Source: an uncultured Acidimicrobiales bacterium
GTDB taxonomy: Bacteria; Actinomycetota; Geothermincolia; Fen-727; Anoxymicrobiaceae
Direction of reading: 5' to 3'
NCBI GenBank assembly: GCA_964485255.1
Contig: CAZAIS010000001.1
Coordinates: 1 to 28,131, forward strand
Length of the DNA: 28,131 bases
The number at the start of each line of letters is the position of its first letter. Within the stretch, counting starts at the first letter, position 1. Shown piece by piece: positions 17,167 through 26,489 of this stretch. Position numbers and translations under genes: made by a program. The notes beneath the pieces are model-generated. The model worked only from the letters and a program-made list of their open reading frames with translations. It ran no database searches and was not told where the DNA came from.

Positions 17167-18384
17167 TCACTTGATCATGGTGATAACCCGGAATATCGGC
17201 AGGTAGAGCGCGATGACAATCATGCCTACGGATACACCCAGGAACATCATGAGCAGCGGCTCCAGGGTGGACGTCAGGCTGTCGACCCCCGCGTTCACCT
17301 CCGAGTCGTAGAACTCGCTGACCTTACCGAGCATCACGTCAAGGGCGCCGGTCTCCTCGCCGATCGCTATCATCTGGGTGATCATCGGGGGGAATACCTC
17401 AGCGTCCTGCAGCGGCCTGGCTATCGTTTCACCCTCCTTGACGCTCGCCCTTACCCTGTCGAGCTCACGCGTCACAACCATGTTGCCTGTAGTCTCCCCG
17501 GTGATCTCCAGCGCGCCGAGGATCGGCACCCCGGAAGAAATCAAGGTGCCCAGGCTTCTCGAGAACTTCGACATCGCGGTCTTGTGAAACAGGTTTCCCA
17601 CGTAAGGCATCTTCAACTTCATCTTGTCGATGGCGTACCGGCCCTGGTCCGTTGCCTTTACCCGCCTCCATACAATCACCAGGCCTACGATGACGGCTAT
17701 TATAACCAGCCCGCCCCATCCGCCGATGAAGTGGCTGATGCCGACCAGCACCTTGGTGAAGGTGGGGAGTTCCCCTCCCATGGACTTGAACATGCTCGCG
17801 AACTTGGGAACGATGAACACGATCATGGCCGCCAGCAGGACAAGTGAGAGGCCGAGAATCGCGATCGGGTAAGTCATGGCGGACTTGACCTTCCGCCTGA
17901 TCTCGAACTCGCGCTCGAGCTGGTCGGCCACTCGCAGGAGGACATCGTCGAGCATACCGCCGAGCTCACCGGCCCTCACCATGCTCACGTAGAGGTTACC
18001 GAACGCCTCCGGGTGCTTGGATAACGCCTCGGAGAGGGAGCGGCCCGCCTCCACCTCGCGCTGGCAGTCAGTGATAATGCTCGCGAGGGAAGCGGATTCC
18101 GTCTGTTGCGCAAGGATGCTCAGGCACTTTATAAGCGGCAGGCCCGCGTTGATCATGGTGGCGAACTGGCGCGTGAAGATATTGATGTCTTCTTGCTTGA
18201 CCTTGGTACCGAATATGTGGATTTCTTTTTTACCGATGGCCTGCTTTACCTCGTCGACGCTGACGACGTAATAGCCCATCTGGCGCAGCTTCCCCGCGAG
18301 CACGTCGGCGTTATCCGCCTCGAGAGAACCCGTTATTTCGCGCCCCGTCTTGTCCCTGACCGTGTAATTAAACTGGGTAGCCAA
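17167..18384 (-). CDS. pilC: Type IV pilus inner-membrane platform protein PilC (T2SSF family)
   Basis: FTRQFATMINAGLP, YVSMVRAGELGGML, SAMTYP, IAIGEETGALD. GGAGGT spacing favours the second TTG (18384, MATQFNY). Confidence 0.95.
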   Translation of the reverse strand: MATQFNYTVRDKTGREITGSLEADNADVLAGKLRQMGYYVVSVDEVKQAIGKKEIHIFGTKVKQEDINIFTRQFATMINAGLPLIKCLSILAQQTESASLASIITDCQREVEAGRSLSEALSKHPEAFGNLYVSMVRAGELGGMLDDVLLRVADQLEREFEIRRKVKSAMTYPIAILGLSLVLLAAMIVFIVPKFASMFKSMGGELPTFTKVLVGISHFIGGWGGLVIIAVIVGLVIVWRRVKATDQGRYAIDKMKLKMPYVGNLFHKTAMSKFSRSLGTLISSGVPILGALEITGETTGNMVVTRELDRVRASVKEGETIARPLQDAEVFPPMITQMIAIGEETGALDVMLGKVSEFYDSEVNAGVDSLTSTLEPLLMMFLGVSVGMIVIALYLPIFRVITMIK

Positions 18385-18447
18385 TGTCAAACCTCCCCGA
18401 CGCGACCCGCCGGTCGCCTCGAACGGCCCTTTTATCCACTGTTCCCA

Positions 18448-18476
18448 ATGATAACACCAACTTCCAACTCTTTAAA
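18448..18476 (-). promoter_or_regulatory. Possible sigma70 promoter for pilC
   Basis: TTTAAA (18476-18471), 17 nt, TATCAT (18453-18448). Confidence 0.5.
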
Positions 18477-18514
18477 CGACGGTAAGCGAGCAACTGGTTA
18501 CCACCGGCATCATT

Positions 18515-19591
18515 CTACCTGCCCACGAGTCGCCTGAAGTCGTCCTTGTTGTGAGAGCGCGCCAGCCCGGTTTCGTAGGTGATCTGGCCCGCCCTGTAAA
18601 GCGCCGCGAGGGAGGCATCCATGGTCTGCATCCTGAGCTGCCCGCCCGACTGCATCGCCGAATAGATCTGGTGCACTCGCGCGTCGCGTATCATGTTGCG
18701 GATAGCCGAGGTCGCGATCATCACCTCCACCGCCGGGACCCTCGAGCGCCTGTCCTTGGTGGGCACGAGCTGCTGGGTTACGATAGCCTGCAACGTCGAG
18801 GCCAACTGGAGGCGCACCTGCGCCTGCTGGAACGTCGGGAAGACGTCGATGATCCTGTCGATGCTCTGCGGGGCGTCCTGCGTGTGGAGGGTGGCGAATA
18901 CCAGGTGGCCGGTTTCCGCGGCGGTCAGTGCCGTCTGGATGGTCTCGAGGTCTCTCATCTCGCCGACCAGTATGATGTCGGGGTCCTGGCGCAACGCGTA
19001 CTTGAGGGCGTTCGCAAAAGAGTGTGTGTCCGAGCCCACCTCGCGCTGGTTGACGATGCACTTCTTGTGCAGGTGCAGGAACTCGATCGGGTCCTCGATG
19101 GTGATGATATGCTCCTCGCGGCTGGAGTTGATGAGGTCCATGATGGCCGCCAGGGTGGTTGATTTGCCCTGCCCGGTGGGACCGGTCACCAATATGAAAC
19201 CCCTGGGCAGGCGCGCGAACTCCTTCACCACCATCGGGAGCATCAATTCCTCGACCGTCTTGATCCGGTAGGGAATTATCCGGAAGGCCGCGCCGACGCT
19301 GTTCCTCTGGAAGTAGGCGTTCACTCGGAAGCGGGCGCTGCCGGGCACCGAGTACGACAGGTCGAACTCGAGGTTAGTCTCCAGGGTCTCGCGCTGGCGG
19401 GCCGTCAGGATGCTGTAGACCATTTCGCGCGTGTCGTTGCTGGTGAGCCTGGGTAGGTCCATCCGCTGAAGCACGCCGTTGATGCGGAGCACCGGGGGTA
19501 CTCCAACCGTAATGTGCAGGTCAGACGCCCCCCTCTTGATGACTTCCTCCAGCATCTCATTTATATCGAGCCTCAAACTCTGCTGTGCCAC
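18515..19591 (-). CDS. pilT: Type IV pilus retraction ATPase PilT
   Basis: ASDLHITVG, GPTGQGKSTT, ITIEDPIE, ALRQDPDIILVGEMRD, AETGHLVFATLH, AIRNMIR motif. Confidence 0.96.
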   Translation of the reverse strand: MAQQSLRLDINEMLEEVIKRGASDLHITVGVPPVLRINGVLQRMDLPRLTSNDTREMVYSILTARQRETLETNLEFDLSYSVPGSARFRVNAYFQRNSVGAAFRIIPYRIKTVEELMLPMVVKEFARLPRGFILVTGPTGQGKSTTLAAIMDLINSSREEHIITIEDPIEFLHLHKKCIVNQREVGSDTHSFANALKYALRQDPDIILVGEMRDLETIQTALTAAETGHLVFATLHTQDAPQSIDRIIDVFPTFQQAQVRLQLASTLQAIVTQQLVPTKDRRSRVPAVEVMIATSAIRNMIRDARVHQIYSAMQSGGQLRMQTMDASLAALYRAGQITYETGLARSHNKDDFRRLVGR

Positions 19592-19618
19592 GACACACCT
19601 CCGGGTGTTACACCTTGC

Positions 19619-21310
19619 CTACATCACGACCCTGAGCACTTCCTCGATAGAGGTTATGCCTCGCTTTACCTTGAGCCAACCGTCATCGCGCAGGCTGGCC
19701 ATGCCCCTTTCGCGGGCGAGTCTGCCTATCTCCCTCGCGGTGGCCATGTTTACCACCGCTTTCTCAACCTCCTCGTCCACCAGCAACACCTCATAGAGCC
19801 CTATCCTGCCCCTGAACCCCGTCTGGTTGCAGAAGGGGCAGCCGTTCGAGCTGGCCTTGTACACGGTCACGGTCTCGCCGTCCTCTACCGGGAAACCGAT
19901 CTTCTCGAGGTACTCCGCCGGGTACGTCGTTTCCTCTCGGCAACGGGTGCAGAGCCGCCTGGCCAATCTCTGGCTCACCACGCTGTCCACCGCCGACGCT
20001 ATCAGGAACGGCTCGACGCCCATCTCGGTCATTCGGGTCATCGCCGATGGCGCGTCGTTGGTGTGGAGAGTACAGAGAACGAGGTGCCCGGTGAGGGCGG
20101 ACTCGATGGCCATCTTCGCGGATTCCGAGTCGCGGATCTCGCCGATCATCACGATATCGGGGTCGCACCTGAGTATGGACCTCAGGCTCGCCGCGAACGT
20201 AAGGCCGACCTTGGTATTCACCTGTACCTGGTTTGTGCCCGCGAGCTGATATTCGACCGGGTCCTCCACGGTGATGACGTTCACCTCGCGCTTGTTCAAC
20301 TCGGTCAGGGCGGCGTAGAGGGTGGTCGTCTTCCCCGAGCCTGTCGGGCCCGTAACGATGCACGTCCCGTACGGCTTCTTGAAGGATACCTCGAACTGCT
20401 TCAAAGGCTCAGGCGAAATGCCGAGTTCCGTCAGGCTCAAAAGGATACTGCTGCTGTCGAGGATTCTGAGGACTATCTTCTCGCCGTGCACGGTCGGCAC
20501 TGAAGCGACGCGGAGATCGATATGCTTGCCCGAGGCTTCCATGGCGAATCGCCCGTCCTGCGGCACCCGCCGCTCGGCGATGTTCATGTTGCCTAGGATC
20601 TTGAGCCTGGATACGATCCCCGGATGTATGCGTCTCGGTGAGCGGCGCGTCTCGCGCAGCACGCCGTCTATCCTGTAACGGATGCGAACGTCCTTCTCCC
20701 CCGGCTCTATGTGGATATCGCTGGCCCCCTCGTGGACGGCCTCTCCGATGATGAGGTTCACGTACTTGACAATAGGAGCGTCTTCCCCCGCCTCCTTGAG
20801 CACCTGCTCGTCCTCGACCTCCTCTTCGTCCTCCAGGGAGGGCAGATCCTCCAGGGCGTCGTCCATGTCCGCGGACACGTGCAGGTAACGCCCGATCGCC
20901 CCCAGGATATCGTCCTTGGTCGTCACGACCGGGATTATCTCCATCCCCGTCATGATGCGAAGGTCGTCGAGGGCGAAAACGTTGGTGGGGTCGGCCATGG
21001 CGCAGACGAGCTTGCTGTCCTGGTAGTCGATCGGGATCACCGCGTACCTCTTGGCGAGGTTCGAGTCTATCAGCGTCGCCGCGCCCGGATCGATCGCGTA
21101 GTTTGAGAGATCGACGTAACTGATGCCGATCTGCTCGGCCAGCACGGACGTAAGCTGACCTTCCGTCAACACGCCCCTGTCGATCAACACCCTGCCGAGC
21201 GATTTGCCCGTCGTAGAATGCTCCTGGAGCGCTTCGTCCAACTGCTCCTCATTGATTAGATTGTTCTGGAGCAAGAGCCGCCCCAGGCGGTCCTGCCTGG
21301 GTTTCTCCAT
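19619..21310 (-). CDS. pilB: Type IV pilus extension ATPase PilB with N-terminal MshEN-like domain
   Basis: ASDIHIEP, GPTGSGKTTT, TVEDPVEY, LRCDPDIVMIGEIRD, TLHTNDA, CTRC/CPFC Zn motif, GFRGR. Confidence 0.95.
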   Translation of the reverse strand: MEKPRQDRLGRLLLQNNLINEEQLDEALQEHSTTGKSLGRVLIDRGVLTEGQLTSVLAEQIGISYVDLSNYAIDPGAATLIDSNLAKRYAVIPIDYQDSKLVCAMADPTNVFALDDLRIMTGMEIIPVVTTKDDILGAIGRYLHVSADMDDALEDLPSLEDEEEVEDEQVLKEAGEDAPIVKYVNLIIGEAVHEGASDIHIEPGEKDVRIRYRIDGVLRETRRSPRRIHPGIVSRLKILGNMNIAERRVPQDGRFAMEASGKHIDLRVASVPTVHGEKIVLRILDSSSILLSLTELGISPEPLKQFEVSFKKPYGTCIVTGPTGSGKTTTLYAALTELNKREVNVITVEDPVEYQLAGTNQVQVNTKVGLTFAASLRSILRCDPDIVMIGEIRDSESAKMAIESALTGHLVLCTLHTNDAPSAMTRMTEMGVEPFLIASAVDSVVSQRLARRLCTRCREETTYPAEYLEKIGFPVEDGETVTVYKASSNGCPFCNQTGFRGRIGLYEVLLVDEEVEKAVVNMATAREIGRLARERGMASLRDDGWLKVKRGITSIEEVLRVVM

Positions 21311-21375
21311 CCTCGTAACACCTCTCCGGTCGAATGCGCATGCGCGAGCCGGGCCGGGACCGTTAACTCACGGTA

Positions 21376-22239
21376 TCAAATATAAGCTTCCTCAAGCGCC
21401 TTGAGAAGGGCAACCCTCATAACCTCCACCGGGGCCTCGAGCCCAGTCCATATCTCGAACGCCGCGGCGGCCTGGTAGAGCAGCATGCCTTTGCCGTCCA
21501 TCACAAGGGCCCCGCGGGCCTCGGCCTCCTGGAGCAGCGGGGGCTGATAGAGCGAGTAATTGAGATCGCAGACGAGGTGGTTCTTGTTCAGAAGTGACAC
21601 CGGGACCCTCAGCGAGCCGTTGAAGGTAGTCAGGGGAGTCGCGTTGATGATGAGGTCTGATTCAGCGACCACAATATCGTAGTTGTCGTCGGGAGACAGC
21701 CAGTTCACGTCGATGTCTGGGGCGCTCCGCCGGATTATCTCCGCCAGTTGCTCGCTGCGGTCGGGCGACCTGTTTACTATGACTATCGAGGCGCAGCCCG
21801 CCAGGGCCAGCGAAACGGTGACGCTCCTCGAAGCGCCGCCCGCGCCCAGCACCAGCACCCGTTTGCCCTTTACGTCGTACCCAAGGTCCCTCGTGAGGGC
21901 CGTATAGAAGCCCCGTCCGTCCGTGTTGTAGCCGATGAGCTTGCCCTTGTCAACGAGTATGGTATTCACCGCGCCTACCGATTCAGCGAACATGGCGACT
22001 TCGTCGAGCAGCGGCAGCACGTCCGTCTTGAATGGCATGGTCACGTTGACCCCGGCGAACCTCAAGGCCTTGATGCCCGCCACCGCGGTGCCGAGGCGGC
22101 CTTCCTCCACGGGCAGGGGCACGTAACACCAGTTCAGCCCGAGGTAGTCGAATGCCGCGTTGTGAACGGCGGGAGAAAGCGAACGATCTATCGGGCTTCC
22201 AATGATTCCCACCAGCCGCGTTGTTCCGTCCAGTTGCAT
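21376..22239 (-). CDS. aroE: Shikimate dehydrogenase
   Basis: SLSPAVHN, GVNVTMPFK, GAVNT, GYNTDG, LGAGGAS, NRS, INATP, GKGMLLYQA. Confidence 0.93.
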   Translation of the reverse strand: MQLDGTTRLVGIIGSPIDRSLSPAVHNAAFDYLGLNWCYVPLPVEEGRLGTAVAGIKALRFAGVNVTMPFKTDVLPLLDEVAMFAESVGAVNTILVDKGKLIGYNTDGRGFYTALTRDLGYDVKGKRVLVLGAGGASRSVTVSLALAGCASIVIVNRSPDRSEQLAEIIRRSAPDIDVNWLSPDDNYDIVVAESDLIINATPLTTFNGSLRVPVSLLNKNHLVCDLNYSLYQPPLLQEAEARGALVMDGKGMLLYQAAAAFEIWTGLEAPVEVMRVALLKALEEAYI

Positions 22240-22296
22240 CCTTTACTCCTCCGGGCGGCCAGGCTCCGGCACGACAATCGAGCGCTACCGGGGCTC

Positions 22297-22839
22297 TCAG
22301 CCGGCCCGCTCGAGGGCCTCCGCCCTCTCCATGACCAGCTCGAGCAATGCCAGCAGGACATCTTTGACGTCGGTCGGTTTCCTCGCGTCACACCTTACAA
22401 CCGCCGCGTTCCCGAGCTTCGCGATCCTATCCCGGGCGTCCTCGGCGCTCAGGCAGTCCTTCCTGTCCGCCCTGGTGAGGCCGATAACGCAGGGCCTGTC
22501 GGACATGCCCCGGAACGCCTCCAATATGCCCGCCGCCTCGTAGAACGAATCAGGCTTGCTGCCGTCCGCCAGGACTACGTAGCCCAGCATGCCCTCGGAG
22601 AGTATCTCCCACATGAAGTCGAACCGCTCCTGCCCGGGAGTCCCGTATAGATGGAGAACATAACCGTCGGGAAAGGTGATACGCCCGAAGTCCATGGCGA
22701 CAGTGGTATCGCACTTCTTTCCGCCCTTCCTCGTCTTCCTTTCGGTGGCGACCACTTCGATCTCGCTGATAGCGCTGATGAACGTGGTCTTTCCGGAGTT
22801 GAAAGGCCCGGTTACCACTATCTTGAAGACTCCGTCCAA
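22297..22839 (-). CDS. MglA/CvnD-type small Ras-like GTPase
   Basis: KIVVTGPFNSGKTTF P-loop, TTVAMDFG switch I, LYGTPGQERFDFMW switch II. TTG start with GGAGGG RBS. Confidence 0.9.
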   Translation of the reverse strand: MDGVFKIVVTGPFNSGKTTFISAISEIEVVATERKTRKGGKKCDTTVAMDFGRITFPDGYVLHLYGTPGQERFDFMWEILSEGMLGYVVLADGSKPDSFYEAAGILEAFRGMSDRPCVIGLTRADRKDCLSAEDARDRIAKLGNAAVVRCDARKPTDVKDVLLALLELVMERAEALERAG

Positions 22840-22856
22840 ACAATCCCTCCCCGCCG

Positions 22857-25208
22857 TTACATCTTCTTCAGGTCATCAATAATCTTCTTAACCGACCCCT
22901 TGTCCACCTCTTTTGACCTCCTGGCGCGGCCTTTCTTGTCTTTGGCGTCCTTCGCCCTGGTCGCCTCCCGGTCTTTCTCTGTTATATGCCGCCTTTTCTC
23001 CTTCACGCCTCCCGCGAGCTCCAGCAGTTCCTGCTCGAGCTCAAACGTCTCGAGGTCGACCAGGCTGGTCCCGGCGCCGCGCTTGCCGCGTACCTGCAAA
23101 CCGAAATCCTCTTCATCCTCGCTCGAGGCCTCGGCCCCGGTCTCGGACTCCTCCTCGGCGAGGACTGTTTCTTCTTCGACGCCGGGCCGGGAGGATATTG
23201 CGAAATCGTCCTCGAAGACCGGCTCCCGCCGGGGCGCGGCGGATTCCTCCGGCTCGCGCGGCTTTTCCTCCTTCGCGGTCTTGCCACCCGTAATCTCGCG
23301 AAGCGTATCCATCTCGTCGAAGTACGCGTCGGCGGCCTGCTTGCCGGCGGCCGGCGTCATCTCCGGATCCAGGAAGGCCGCGGCGGGCTTCTCCTGCCGC
23401 GCCGGAGCGTCCTCCAGAGCCACCTGCCCGGGCTCCTCCGAGACCGGTTCGGCTTCGAAGGTGACAGTCTCGGCCTCGTCCGGAGCCTCGACGGTGAAGG
23501 CGGCGGGCCCGTCATCCAGGACAACCGCCCCGGCGTCGGCGCCGATCGACTCCTCCTCCACCTGCGCTTCAGCGGTCTCGCCGAACACGACCTCTTCGCC
23601 TGCCTCTTCCTCCAGCTCGATCCCGGCAGTCAGCTCATCTTCCTCGACCCGCAACTCGGCCGGCTCCCGGGTCAGCTCCTCGATCGTGTCGATCTCTTCC
23701 ATTTCCTCGAACCGGGCAGGCTCTCCGGCTGACCGGGCAGCTTCCTCCTCGTCGGCATCCTCCGTTTCCCGAGCCGCCTCCACGGGCTCTTCGCCCTCGA
23801 AGGCGGCCGGCTGCCTGCGTTCGTCGATGGGGATTACCTCGGCCTCCTCGACGTCGGTTGCGGAAATCTCCAGTTCCTCCGATTCCTCTATCGCAAGCGG
23901 CGGGACGCCTTCATCCCTCGCGACGGCCGCATCCTCGAGCTGAAAGACCTCCGCCTGCTCTCCACCGAAGGCCGTCTCCCCCGCATCCCGGGAAGCCACG
24001 GGCTCGGGCTCAGCCGCCTGTTCGACGAGCTCGGGCTCCGCTCGAGCGGCCTCCGCGACAGGAGGCTCGGCCTCGATCTCGGACCCTGCATCAATCGCGA
24101 TATCCTCGGCGGTTACAACCTCCTCGGTCTCGCCGAGCTCGACAACGGGAGTCCCCTCTTCGAGGTCCACATCCTGGAGCGCGTCAGGTCCCGACTTGAA
24201 CTGGATGACACGGCCCGTGGAACCCTGAGCCCCGGCGGGCTCGTCCTCGACGTGCGCCTCTTGAGGCTCCACGATTGGATACGTCGGCTGATCGAAGGCG
24301 AGCAACTCCTCCCTGCTCAGATCGCGGGATTTAGGGGTGACCTGCAGGAGTTGCTCTATCTCTTCTTCCGTGGGTATGCGCCCCTGGTCCCCGGAATCGT
24401 CCAACAGGGGTATCTCCCCGGCGTCCGGCACCTGATCGAGCCCGGCTTCAGACCCCTGAGGCTCCATCTCCTCCAGGCCCGAGAGCGCGATCTCTCTGGG
24501 GCTTCCGGCATCCTCGTCGACAGCCGGTTCCCCGGCGTACGCCTGCGCTTCGACTTCCTGCTCCATCGTAACGTAGTTGGCGGCGGCCGGTGGAACATCG
24601 TCCAATCCCACCGTGGCCGCTTCCTCCGAAACGGAGGCCTCCGGGTCCCCCTCATAGCCGCCTTCAGCCTCGGCGGCCTCCGGCTCCAGATCCAACTGTA
24701 CACTCTCCGCCGTCGCTTCGTCCCTCGCGTCGGCTTCTTCCGCGACCATGGGGGAGAGTTCCTCCAGGATGAATGAATCCTCCGCCGCCACTTCCTCTTC
24801 TGTCCCCGGCTCCGCCTCGAGCCGGCCGGTTTCACTGGCGACCGCTTCGGCTGCGGCCGGTTCCTCCCCGGACTCTTGAATCTCCCGCTCGCCGGGCTCC
24901 GCCTCCTCCTCGTCCGGATGATCGGCAGCGCCCTTGTGTGACAGCCTCCTGCCGCCCCCGCGCAGTCTCGTCAGGTGGCCGGCCCACTCGAGAGGAATGT
25001 CATCGGGTTCCTCGTACCCGGCAGCCTCATCGAGCGTCTCTTCGGCCGCCTCGTCAGGCGACGCTTCGGATTCATGCTCTTGAACGAACTCGACCTTCTT
25101 TTTGTCCTCGGTCTCCTTGAAGGCCAGCAGGCGGTCGTTGTCGGACGCTTCCTTGAGCGCCAGGGACTTGTAATAGTCAACCAGGCTCTGTCCAGGCGCG
25201 GGTTCCTC
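22857..25208 (-). CDS. Acidic low-complexity region in frame with the upstream DUF4388 gene, probably its C-terminal part beyond an internal TAG
   Basis: No stop from 25208 to 22860 and same frame as 25209-26474. The first canonical start is only at 24791 with a poor RBS. E/A/D/P-rich, ending in an amphipathic helix (SVKKIIDDLKKM). Confidence 0.7.
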   Translation of the reverse strand, partial: EEPAPGQSLVDYYKSLALKEASDNDRLLAFKETEDKKKVEFVQEHESEASPDEAAEETLDEAAGYEEPDDIPLEWAGHLTRLRGGGRRLSHKGAADHPDEEEAEPGEREIQESGEEPAAAEAVASETGRLEAEPGTEEEVAAEDSFILEELSPMVAEEADARDEATAESVQLDLEPEAAEAEGGYEGDPEASVSEEAATVGLDDVPPAAANYVTMEQEVEAQAYAGEPAVDEDAGSPREIALSGLEEMEPQGSEAGLDQVPDAGEIPLLDDSGDQGRIPTEEEIEQLLQVTPKSRDLSREELLAFDQPTYPIVEPQEAHVEDEPAGAQGSTGRVIQFKSGPDALQDVDLEEGTPVVELGETEEVVTAEDIAIDAGSEIEAEPPVAEAARAEPELVEQAAEPEPVASRDAGETAFGGEQAEVFQLEDAAVARDEGVPPLAIEESEELEISATDVEEAEVIPIDERRQPAAFEGEEPVEAARETEDADEEEAARSAGEPARFEEMEEIDTIEELTREPAELRVEEDELTAGIELEEEAGEEVVFGETAEAQVEEESIGADAGAVVLDDGPAAFTVEAPDEAETVTFEAEPVSEEPGQVALEDAPARQEKPAAAFLDPEMTPAAGKQAADAYFDEMDTLREITGGKTAKEEKPREPEESAAPRREPVFEDDFAISSRPGVEEETVLAEEESETGAEASSEDEEDFGLQVRGKRGAGTSLVDLETFELEQELLELAGGVKEKRRHITEKDREATRAKDAKDKKGRARRSKEVDKGSVKKIIDDLKKM

Positions 25209-26474
25209 CTACTTGGCCCGCACCTCCGGCTCGAGGTCCTGGTCATGAATAATGAGACTTTCCTCTTCCCTTACCTCCGGCTCCGGCTCGTCCGCCGGCT
25301 CGCGCTTCTCCTCCGCTTCGGTAGACGCCTCTTCATCCAGTCGCTCCTTCCGCGCGGCGGACGTGTGAATCGACTTCCTGGTCTTGCGCCTGGACTTCTT
25401 GCGCTTGCGGCCGCCGTCGTCGAGGTCAACCTCGTCGCCGGTGACCTCCTCCACCAATACCTCTTCATCCGCTTCGCCGAGGGTTATCTCTTCCACGGGC
25501 TTCTTCCTGCCGGCCGTGGACTTGCGCCTGGACTTCGGGGCCTTGGCCTCCTCCACCTCCGGTTCGGGAGCCGCGGCGGCGTCCCGCCCGACGGGAGCTT
25601 CCGCCCCCGCGGGCTCGGCCTCCGCGGGCTCCGCCACCGTGGCATCCACTGGCTCCAGGGGAGCTTCGCTCGCGCCCGGGGCGCCGGCGGGCTCCTCTTC
25701 CTCCATCTTCTCGATCTCTTCCTCCAGAACGCCGGGAACGGTGTCCGCGGCCCGGGCCTCCTCCTCGGTCAGGACCACGAGACCGGCGGTCACAAGCCCG
25801 TACAGCGCTTTGCATGTCACCAGCGCGCTCTGTCCGCTCTTCTCTATGATGTCGCGAACGCCGCTGCTTCCGTCCACGTGGTAGAGGACCAGCCATTCCT
25901 CGCTGGTAAGGTTGATGTCCGTGGCGTCCTTTCCGGGGATCTTTGTCATCTTGAAGACCGAGTCGAGCGACGGCACCTTCTTCTCGATCTGGTACCACTC
26001 GTCTAGCCTCCGGCTGCCTTCCATGATGAGGTCCTCGGTGGTCATCGAGAGGCCAATGTCCTCCTCGGGAAAGATCTGGTTGGGGTCGAAATCGAACTCC
26101 CCCTCGGTCCAGCGCAACAGGTGGAAGACGGCATCCCTTATCTGTTCCTCGACGAAGACCTCGAGTGATTCTCGGCTCAGGTAACCCATCTCGACGAGGA
26201 TGTTGCCGAGCCTCTGTCCTTTCCGGGTCGTCTTCTGCAGATCGAGCGCCTCGTCGATCTGCTCCTCTGAAACCATGCCTGATTCCGTGAGCCTGCGGCC
26301 GAGTGGAGGCCTCTTCCAGTTATGTGTCGCAAAGAAGACGTTGCCGTTTCTGAAGCAGACGTAGCCCTTCGCGTCTCCATTGGTGATGTTGAGAGTTCCG
26401 TTCTTCTTCCCGAAATGGATCAACTGAAACAAATCTGGAAGGCTGAAATCCCGGAGGCTTCCTTTAAGAGGCAT
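25209..26474 (-). CDS. DUF4388 (PATAN) domain protein with embedded MshEN-like motif and acidic tail
   Basis: [49 protein letters not shown] are typical of DUF4388. Ends at TAG 25211-25209. Confidence 0.85.
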   Translation of the reverse strand: MPLKGSLRDFSLPDLFQLIHFGKKNGTLNITNGDAKGYVCFRNGNVFFATHNWKRPPLGRRLTESGMVSEEQIDEALDLQKTTRKGQRLGNILVEMGYLSRESLEVFVEEQIRDAVFHLLRWTEGEFDFDPNQIFPEEDIGLSMTTEDLIMEGSRRLDEWYQIEKKVPSLDSVFKMTKIPGKDATDINLTSEEWLVLYHVDGSSGVRDIIEKSGQSALVTCKALYGLVTAGLVVLTEEEARAADTVPGVLEEEIEKMEEEEPAGAPGASEAPLEPVDATVAEPAEAEPAGAEAPVGRDAAAAPEPEVEEAKAPKSRRKSTAGRKKPVEEITLGEADEEVLVEEVTGDEVDLDDGGRKRKKSRRKTRKSIHTSAARKERLDEEASTEAEEKREPADEPEPEVREEESLIIHDQDLEPEVRAK

Positions 26475-26489
26475 TGCGTCCCTGCCAGT

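Noticed and set aside
25190-25211. TAGGAGG as an SD for re-initiation after the internal TAG
   Set aside because: No in-frame ATG/GTG/TTG at usable spacing; the nearby CTG is out of frame. The SD-like string arises from Glu codons.
25383-25536. 16-nt repeat cttgcgcctggacttc occurring twice
   Set aside because: It simply encodes the repeated KSRRK peptide; not a CRISPR or mobile-element repeat.
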